Positions 8,135 through 15,488 of a DNA stretch of 15,488 bases are shown one piece after another (within the stretch, counting starts at the first letter, position 1; each line of letters starts with the position of its first letter). Position numbers and translations under genes: made by a program. Source of the DNA: Fonticula alba ATCC 38817 (lineage: Eukaryota > Protista > Nucleariida); NCBI GenBank assembly GCA_000388065.2, contig KB932204.1; one strand, written 5' to 3'. The notes beneath the pieces were generated by a model that ran no database searches, was not told the origin of the DNA, and worked only from the letters and a program-made list of their open reading frames with translations.

Positions 8135-10703
8135 TCAGTACCGCATGACGGTCGGCCGGCGGGCGGATGTCCGGCGGAGAACCGACGTGCGCGACGGGCC
8201 GGCCGAGTCGCTGCTGCCGTCTAGAGAGGAAGCCAGGGCGGCCTGGATCTCCCGAACACGGGGACTGGCCTCCTCGGCAAGATGAATCTGAACAAGGCGG
8301 GGGCGGCCATCATCATGCGTGTACGCCGAGCAGTAGATCGACCGCCCGGGGTTGGTGTCGACCATGGTGACTAGCCGGACCCCGGGGAGCATGATCACCT
8401 GCACCAGGTCTCCAGTCGACAGGTACCGGACCTCGATGTGATGGTCACAGAAGGCCAGAATGAATGGGCTGGCATGGACTGTTTCCGGGAGACATGCGCG
8501 CACACGCGGGAGGCGCCCCGGCGCGGGTGGGAGAAAGGGTCGACGGTGGTATGAAAGAGCGTCAGATGGGGCAGGGGGAAGGAGAGAGGGAGGAAGAGTA
8601 GGTGGAGAGTGCATGTGCGTAAGACGTACCGAAGGACCGCGGCGCGCTGGCCCACCCAAGAACCAGGTCTCGGGAGAAGGTGCGCGTCTTCTGGTGGAGG
8701 AAGACACAGAACTCCCGGTAACATAGAATGTACTCATTGAGCTCGGCATTGGTGAAGACATCGCGCGGGGTGAGGTTCCGGATGGCGGACATCGTGTCAT
8801 TCGGCGGGACCTGGTAGATGTCCGACACGTCGCCATCCTCGATGCGCACCAGGTCAATCGACCGGGGGGAAATGACACACAGGGCATCCGGCAGGAACTT
8901 CACCGAGGACGCCTCGCCCGAGAGGATGAACTTCTTGACACGCGACATGCGCCAGATGGTCTTGCCATCCTTCTGTGCACTGAAGGGCTTGTACAGCTTC
9001 AGCGACCGGCTGTGCGACAAGCTGGGTGCCTTGGCGAGAGCAACGAAATTGGTGCCGAGGGTCTGGCCACTGTGTGTCGGTGTGTGTCGGTGTGTGTCGG
9101 TGTGTGTCGGTGTGTGTCGGTGTGTGTCGGTGTGTGTCGGTGCATCGGTGTGTCGGTGCATCGGTGTGTCGGTGTGTCGGACGGACGTGAAAGGCAGGAG
9201 AAAGCCGAGGGTAGAGTGTCAGCGAGAGGACCACCGAGCGGAAGGGCCCTCTCCCCGGGAGGGGCGCGGGAGGAGAGGCCACCCAGGCAAAGCCAGCACG
9301 TACATCGAGAAGAACTGCGCCCGGTCGGACTTCTCCACCTTGTGAATGTGCTTTTCCGTGAGCACGGTGCTGGCCTTGGACAGGAGGTAGTCCATGGGGA
9401 TGGTGGCCAGCAGGTTGTTGGCGCCGTAGATGAACAGCAGGAAGTTCTGCGGCGACATGACCGCCACCTGGCGGACATTCTCCAGGGCAATGGCATGGTG
9501 GAAGACCAGTGACCCGGAGGCCGCGTCGGCGGACCCATCCTTGCCCGAGGCGGCCTCCTCCTTGGAGATGAAGATGCCATGGTAGTTGCCGATGATGACA
9601 TATGAGCCGGAGGCGTCGGTGAAGCGGCACGAGCAGGCAATGTCATCGATGCTGGTGGAGGGGTTCTTGGCCTTGGTCTGGGCCGAGGCGGCCACGTCAT
9701 TGTTCGACAGAATCCGATGGGAGAAGGTGTGCGTGTGGGTGGTGATCCGGCCAATGCGCTCGCTGAGGATCTCCTTGAAGGACTTGCAATCATCAGGCGA
9801 GGAGAACTCCAGCGTATGGATGTCCGGCGCGCGGCCACTCACGAAGTACCAGGTGGACGACTCGTCCAGGGAGGCCTTCGACCGGGACATGCCGACCGAG
9901 CGCATGGTGGCGTGGTTCCGCCGGCGGGTGTTGGCCGAGGGGGTCTCCTGGGTCTGCGACCGGGCGCGCGCGCGCGCACACGCACACACACGCACACACA
10001 CACACACACACAAATATGCGGCAGAGTGAGTATGGTGTGGATGGTGAAGTGGGCCGAGGGAGGCACACAAGCAGACGCAAGCAGGCGCCGAGGGGAGGGC
10101 AGCGAGCAAAAATAAGTATAAAAACGCACAGTCGACCCAAGCTGCAGGGCCAGGTGCAGGCCATCCATGTCGGCGGTGGGCTCAAGGGCGGTGAACTCGA
10201 AGGTCGAGGCAAAGCGCAAATCGTGGGTCACATTGTCGCCCTCGTTCTTGGGCTTGACAAGCAGGAAGCAATTGTCGAAGACCAAGACCTTCATGTTCTC
10301 CCGGCTCTCGGAGGTAGAGGAGAAACGGACTGGGAACTCGCACAGGAGCTCGCGGCGGATGTTGCGCAGATCAAGCCACTAGGCGCGGAAGGGAGGAGGG
10401 CGGGGGGGGGGGAGAGAGAGGGTGAGAAAGGGGATCCGAGGGGGCGAGGCGCAGGTAAGTAGATGAGCTGGACGAGTGGCGACATGCGCAAGGAAAGGCG
10501 CAAGCATGGCAAGATAAAGAAGCATACCTCGAAGCGGTTGACATTGCGGAGGCTCTGCTCGAAATCGAAGATCTCCGCCAGGCGGTTGGCATCCTGAGAG
10601 ATCTTGGTAAACTGTGGGAGGAGGCGGGATGAGCATGGGAGGAGAGAGAGAGAGAGAGGTGGGTGAGTGTCAAGAGCACGTGAAGGCCGCATGGCAGGGA
10701 CCC

Positions 10704-10742
<39 letters not shown>

Positions 10743-11758
10743 GCCCAGCACATACAGTCTGATGCGCGGCCTTGAGATCGGGCATGTCCGGATGGTCGGC
10801 CGGCATGCCCTCCATGATGCGCTGAACAATCATGGGGTAGCGACCAAGCCGAGTCCGAGGGCGCGACAGGAAACTCTGCAGCGGCAGACGCTGGAAGACA
10901 TGGAATTCCCGGGCCTTCTTCAGGTACGCCCGAATCATGGGATACGTGCTTTCGGCGGACTTGAGCGTGCTCAAGGAGAGGGTCTCGTTCGGGATGAATG
11001 ACAGGTAGGAGTCGCGCATGTCGTCGGCGATGTCCTTCATGATGTCGCCAATGCGCGACACGACCGGATGCTCCTTCTGGCGCTTGAGCAGCGCGGCGCA
11101 CAGCTTGGAGTTGACCGCCAGGATGCCCTCCCACGAGTCGAAGACCGCGTGGATGAAGCTCTCGCGCGTGGCAATGTCCTTGATGTAGATGTCGGTCTCG
11201 AATTCCTTGAGGAAGCCCTGTACACGTGGGCGTGGCGTGGCGTGGGAGGTGGGAAGGGGGGGGAGGGGGAGGGGGGAGGGGGCATTTGCGTGTGCACGGC
11301 GAAGAAGCGCCCACGATCCGAGACACGGGGACGATGCGCAAAGGCGGGAGGGGACATCGGTCAGAGGGAGGAAAGGGGGGGGGGGGGAGCCATGAGCATG
11401 TGCGCACCTCACACACGAAGTACAGATCGTTGACATACTGCGACTCGGTGCGGATCAGCTCATAGATGATCTCCTGGCGCTTGCGCTCATCCTTGCTGAC
11501 CGACTCGTCCGAGAAGCCGATAGTCTCGCAGTAGGTCTTCCAGTACTCGATCTGTGTATGTGCATGGGAAGAAGATGGGCGCCAGCGAGGGAAGAAAGCC
11601 AGCGGGGGGGGGGGGGGGGGGCGGGGNNNNNNNNNNCCGGACGGGAGGCGAGGCGGCGGGATTCGCACGCCGGAAGGAAGTCCCAGGGGGCTTGACGGGG
11701 GGCCCCGAGTCCAGCCCGAGATCGCCCCGGGTGGGCAGTCCTCTCCGCCCATCGGCAT
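8135..11758 (-). CDS. Rom2-like Rho guanine-nucleotide exchange factor, DH-PH-CNH architecture (at least 8 exons, ~820 aa; 5' end uncertain)
   Basis: Inferred exons (minus) 11758-11669, 11551-11408, 11217-10756, 10611-10528, 10378-10130, 9953-9304, 9069-8630, 8478-8135 (2463 nt, in frame). DH motifs [50 protein letters not shown]; PH-like [15 protein letters not shown]; CNH-like C-terminus [26 protein letters not shown]. The first exon and start codon are tentative and an N gap lies in the following intron. Confidence 0.82.
9071..9180. repeat. Tandem repeat (TGTGTGTCGG)7 plus five 8-mer variants (TGCATCGG/TGTGTCGG) in a RhoGEF intron
   Basis: Seven exact decamers at 9071-9140, then 8-mers to 9180; abuts the 3' splice site on the minus strand. 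Confidence 0.97.
9964..10012. repeat. (GC)n-(CA)n compound alternating repeat in a RhoGEF intron
   Basis: 49 nt of continuous purine-pyrimidine alternation. Confidence 0.9.
10707..10740. repeat. (AG)17 microsatellite in a RhoGEF intron
   Basis: Perfect AG run, (CT)n on the sense strand, 15 nt after the donor. Confidence 0.95.
11627..11636. other. Assembly gap (10 N)
   Basis: Ten Ns next to a long G homopolymer, inside the RhoGEF intron 11668-11552. Confidence 0.99.
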
Positions 11759-12933
11759 CTGGGGCGCCACAGGGCGGCGGGGCAGGACCAAGCAGGGGGA
11801 CAAAAAAGAGGACAGCGCGGGGCCAGACACCGGGGCTGGGCCGCGGTGCATGCAGGCCAGAGGACCCCCCCCTGGGCGGGGGAACGGGGAAAGGGCAGTG
11901 GCGCCATGAGGCGGTGTGCCAAATTCATGGGCGCTGCCGGAAATCTGATCGCCGGGGACCGCCGCTGTGGCGCTACGGGAGTGTGCACACGTGCATTCCG
12001 CATGGTATCACGTTACAGATCAGCGGCTCGACACACGCCCGAGCGCATCGTTGCCTGAGCACACAGGGGGGGGGGGGGATAAGACCCGCTGCGTCCCCCC
12101 CCCCCCTCGCCGGCGGCGTGCTAGCCAGCCAGGGTGGTGGCGGCCTGGCGGCCTCCCGCCGGTGAGTGCGTCCGGATTTCCGGAATAAACAACCGCCCGG
12201 GGCGGGAAGTGGCCGGGGGTCCCGGTCTTCTCGGGCGGGGGCCGGGGGGGGGGGGGAAATTCACGGGCTTGAGCCTGGGCAAAGGACGCGGGGCGCCCGG
12301 GCTGACACGGGCGGTGGCCCGGCCGCCGGGGGCGCGCCAGGGCATCACTTCCTCCCACTCTCCCCCCGGGGGACCGACCAACTCCAGGGCCGAAATACCG
12401 CCACACCCGCAAGGCGTTAAAATCCTCATGTGCGTGGGGGGGGGGGGGGGGCCTGATCCACAATTATGAAGCCCCCCATCCCCTGCGCGGCTGTGCCCTG
12501 TCCCCTGCCGGGGAACTGCGCGAGGGGGTGGGCTGGGGCGTGAAAGGATGGACCAGCCAGACCGGTGTGCTCCCTGTGCTGGCTCTGGCGGGGAGGGCCG
12601 GGGCGCCCATCTGTCCCGAGTGCGCGGATGCGCTCGTTGACAGGGCCATTTTTCCTTCCGCCTCTTTGCCCACGTTGGGGGTCATGCCCGATGTGTTGGG
12701 CGCGGGAGGGGGGGGGGGAGGGGGGGGCGCCGGGGGGGCGGGTGCCGAGTGGGCACAGCCTCAGGCAGGGGCCAGGGGGGGGGGGGGGGGGGGGCCAGGG
12801 CCATTTGGCGGCCCACCGCGCGGCCCGGCCGACCCCCGGGAAGCGCTCACCCACACACCCCACAGGCGCGCCCCCACACTCGCCTCTCCCCTCCCCCCTT
12901 CTCCCCTCCCCCTCCTCAATCGACACAAGCAGC
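11759..12933. promoter_or_regulatory. Divergent intergenic/promoter region between the RhoGEF (-) and spermidine synthase (+)
   Basis: Head-to-head gene orientation; no credible coding ORF; many G/C runs. Transcription start sites are not determinable, and extra RhoGEF 5' exons may lie here. Confidence 0.55.
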
Positions 12934-14091
12934 ATGGACTCCATCCACAAGGGCTGGTTCAGCGAGCGCGGCGAGCTTTGGCCCGGTCAGGTGCGCATCC
13001 ATGGCCCGGCATCCGCCCACCCATTTTCTCCCGCCCCCCTCCGCACATACCTAACACCATGCCTCCCCTTGCCGTGACCGCGTCGGGCCGCGCAGGCCCT
13101 CTCCCTCGAGATCGAGGAGGTCCTGCACGATGTCAAGAGCAAGTACCAGCACATCACCATCTACCAGACCAAGACCTGGGGTCGCATGATGACCATCGAT
13201 GGCAACATCCAGGTATGTCCCTGTCGCCGGTTGACCCCCCCCCGCCCTGTCTCCCCTTGCCGCTGTTGTTTCCCCCCCCCCCCCCCCTCGCACCCCTCGC
13301 AGCCCAACACACGCACGCGCGCGCATTGACCCTCGAAATAGGTGACCGAGCGTGACGAGTTCTCCTACCAGGAGATGATGGCCCATGTGCCGATGTTCCT
13401 GCACCCCTCGCCCAAGCGCGTGCTGGTCATCGGCGGCGGCGATGGCGGCGTCCTGCGAGAGATCGTCAAGCACCCGGAGGTGGAGCAGGTGACCATCTGC
13501 GAGATTGACGACGTGGTGATCGACACCTGCAAGCGCTTCCTGCCCTCGCTGGCGTGCGGCTTTGACCACCCGAAGGTCCGCGTGGAGATCGGCGATGGGT
13601 TCCAGTTCCTGCGCAACCACCCGAACTCCTTCGACGTCATTGTCACCGATGCCCCGGACCCCATCGGCCCCGGGGTGTCGCTCTTCCAGCGGGACTTCTT
13701 CGCCCTGATCCACTCGGCCCTGCGTGAGGGCGGTGTCGTGTGCCAGCAGGCCGAGAGCATTTGGCTGGACCTGCCCCTGATCCGGGACATCGTCGGCTAC
13801 TGCGCGGCCCTCTTCCCGGCCGTCAACTACGGCATTGTCCAGATCCCCACCTACCCGTGCGGGTCCATCGGCCTGCTGGTGTGCTCCAAGACCCCGGGGG
13901 CCGATGTGACGGTGGCCGCCCGCGCGCCGACCCCCGAGCAGCAGGCCCTCCTGCGCTACTACAACCACCCGGTCCACGCCGGTGCCTTTGCCATTCCGCA
14001 GTTTGCTCGCGTCGCTGTCGACGAGGCCATCGCCCATGGTCGCTCGGTCGGCACCGATGGCATCAAGGTGGCCGAGGAGAAGTCCTCCTGA
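12934..14091 (+). CDS. SPE3: Spermidine synthase (putrescine aminopropyltransferase), 3 exons, 307 aa
   Basis: Exons 12934-12990, 13096-13212, 13342-14091 (924 nt). Motifs GWFSE..ELWPGQALSL, KSKYQ, DGNIQVTERDEFSYQEMM, HPSPKRVLVIGGGDGGVLRE, CEID, GDG, FDVIVTDAPDPIGP, IPTYPCGSIG, YYNHPVHAGAF. Confidence 0.96.
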
Positions 14092-14509
14092 GACGTGTCC
14101 CATCCGCCCGCCCCATTTGTCCCCCTTGGGGGGGGGCCTGCAGCCGCGCGGTGCCCATGATAAACCTCCTGTCTCTCTTGATTCGCGCGTTGATGGGCTT
14201 TTGGCTTGTCCGTATGCACTCTGGGGCGCTGCATCGCCGGAGGGCCGGGAGAGGAGAGGAACACAGACGGAAGCCAAGCGCGCTGGGGTATGCACTGGCA
14301 TCCGCGTGCCAAGAGCCTAATGGCCATGGGGGGAAGGAGCGGGAGGGGGGGGGGGACAAGAACGCCTCCGGCGTAGCCCTTGGGGATGTTTGTCTCCACC
14401 CGCGGGCGAGACGCCCCCGCCCGCCGATTGGGGAAGGTGTTGGTTCGGATCCTGCGGGCCTTGGGTTGGCAGGATGATATTTAAGCCCATGAGTAGTGGT
14501 CCCTCCTAA

Positions 14510-14597
14510 CCAACCATAGCTCAATTGGTAGAGCATCAGACTGTAGCGGTAACAAGCAATTATCTGAGGGTCGCTGGTTCGATTCCGGCTGGTTGGA
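14510..14597 (+). tRNA. tRNA-Tyr (anticodon GTA) with 15-nt intron (14547-14561)
   Basis: Acceptor CCAACCA/TGGTTGG with C1-G72 and A73 (eukaryotic Tyr identity); D arm GCTC-AATTGGTA-GAGC; anticodon stem TCAGA/TCTGA with loop CT-GTA-G|A interrupted after position 37; T arm GCTGG-TTCGATT-CCGGC; mature length 73 nt. Confidence 0.96.
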
Positions 14598-14601
14598 CTT
14601 C

Positions 14602-14606
14602 TTTTT
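14602..14606 (+). terminator. RNA polymerase III terminator (T5) of tRNA-Tyr
   Basis: TTTTT 4 nt after the discriminator base. Confidence 0.8.
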
Positions 14607-15488
14607 GAACACCCCGCCGCTCACTTTTTCCGGGATGCCTGGGCCGCCTTTCCTTCTTTTTTTTTCCGCCCCTGTTCACCCGCTGCTTCCATTGCTTCGG
14701 AGGCGAGGCTTGTCGCCGGAGAATGGGAACCCGAGCACACACGCGTACCCACGCATGCACGCATGCACGCGTACACATACACGCCTGCACATGCACGCGC
14801 GCACGATACACTCGGTGAGGGAAGCAACGTCGCCAAGGCCCCACCTCTCGCGCTAGGCGCCTTCCCAGCACCACAGACCCGGTCACTGAAGCAAGGATAC
14901 ACACAGCAAGAGAGGGAGAGAGAGAGAGAGAGAGAGACCCACGTAGAAAGAGGGAGGTAGGACAAAAGGCATGCGTGTATATGTGTATATGTATGAATGC
15001 ATCTACGCATGAACAGAAGGGGGTGGGAGAGAGGGAGAGGGGATAAGGGACACCCACATGCATGCACAAGAGAGGAAAGACGAGGAGTAGGAAGCGGAGG
15101 AGCATGAGGCGCGATGTCAACGTGTGGGGCAAATCACGGGGAAGGAAACAAGACAGGAAGGATGAACTGGGACCGGGAAGAGGAGAGGGAGCCGGCGCAG
15201 GAGGGGACAGGAGACTACCGAGGCTTGAGATGATGACAATGCCTCCTGACAGGCACACGGGGCCACACCTTGGCCCTGGCTTCGCCCCTCCCTCGGGCCC
15301 ATTTTCTCGGCCTCCTGGGGTGCGCCTTTCTTAGCAGCCCCCTTCCTGTCCCAGAGTATGGGGGGGGGGGGAATGGGGGCTGCACGCGCATGCACATGCG
15401 CGCATGTCTGCGCCACATGCCGCCCAAGCGTCGCTACCCGCCCCCGCGCCATCGTGCCCTCTTGTGTACAACATACGGGGGGGGGGGG

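Noticed and set aside
9071-9180. Tandem repeat as a CRISPR array or telomeric repeat
   Set aside because: No spacers, eukaryotic intron context, no cas genes, not at a contig end.
12466-12933. Polyamine-responsive uORFs upstream of spermidine synthase
   Set aside because: ATGs at about 12466 and 12684 are far upstream, the start site is unknown and the peptides are low-complexity; no support.
14041-14400. Spermidine synthase-saccharopine dehydrogenase fusion as in basidiomycetes
   Set aside because: Clean TGA at 14089-14091 followed by UTR-like sequence and a tRNA; no downstream domain.
15230-15249. ATGATGA followed by CTGA resembling snoRNA C and D boxes
   Set aside because: Boxes only about 10 nt apart, no distal D box or terminal stem.
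14607-15488. ORFs 14560-15258, 15117-15452 and others near the window end
   Set aside because: Translations are dominated by microsatellites, with no domain or splice-consistent model; likely intergenic or UTR of a gene outside the window.
1-15488. Mobile element or tRNA-targeted retroelement near the tRNA genes
   Set aside because: No transposase/RT motifs, terminal repeats or target-site duplications seen.

Overview
Eukaryotic, very GC-rich, gene-dense genomic DNA with short spliceosomal introns (about 100-240 nt), abundant microsatellites and G/C homopolymers, and one 10-N gap. Compositional style plus a fungal-type DH-PH-CNH RhoGEF suggest a holomycotan protist such as Fonticula; this is inference only. 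Most long ORFs in the track are shadows or read through introns. Manual splicing gives, in order: (1) a 9-exon transcriptional-type CDK (CDK9/Bur1-like) with poly-Ala and poly-Gln/His tails (+, 56-4045); (2) a 4-exon DHHC palmitoyltransferase (-, 6481-4292); (3) tRNA-Asn(GTT) (+, 6848-6920); (4) only the 3' exon of RAD51 (-, 7950-7363); (5) a Rom2-like DH-PH-CNH RhoGEF (-, at least 11758-8135); (6) a 3-exon spermidine synthase (+, 12934-14091); (7) an intron-containing tRNA-Tyr(GTA) (+, 14510-14597). The main anomaly is the well-conserved RAD51 half-gene, which lacks the first ~145 codons (including Walker A) and begins only 184 nt after the RhoGEF stop. Also notable: all 20 inferred donors are GTRYG (never A at +4), and AG-free repeats fill the branch-point-to-acceptor interval of several introns.
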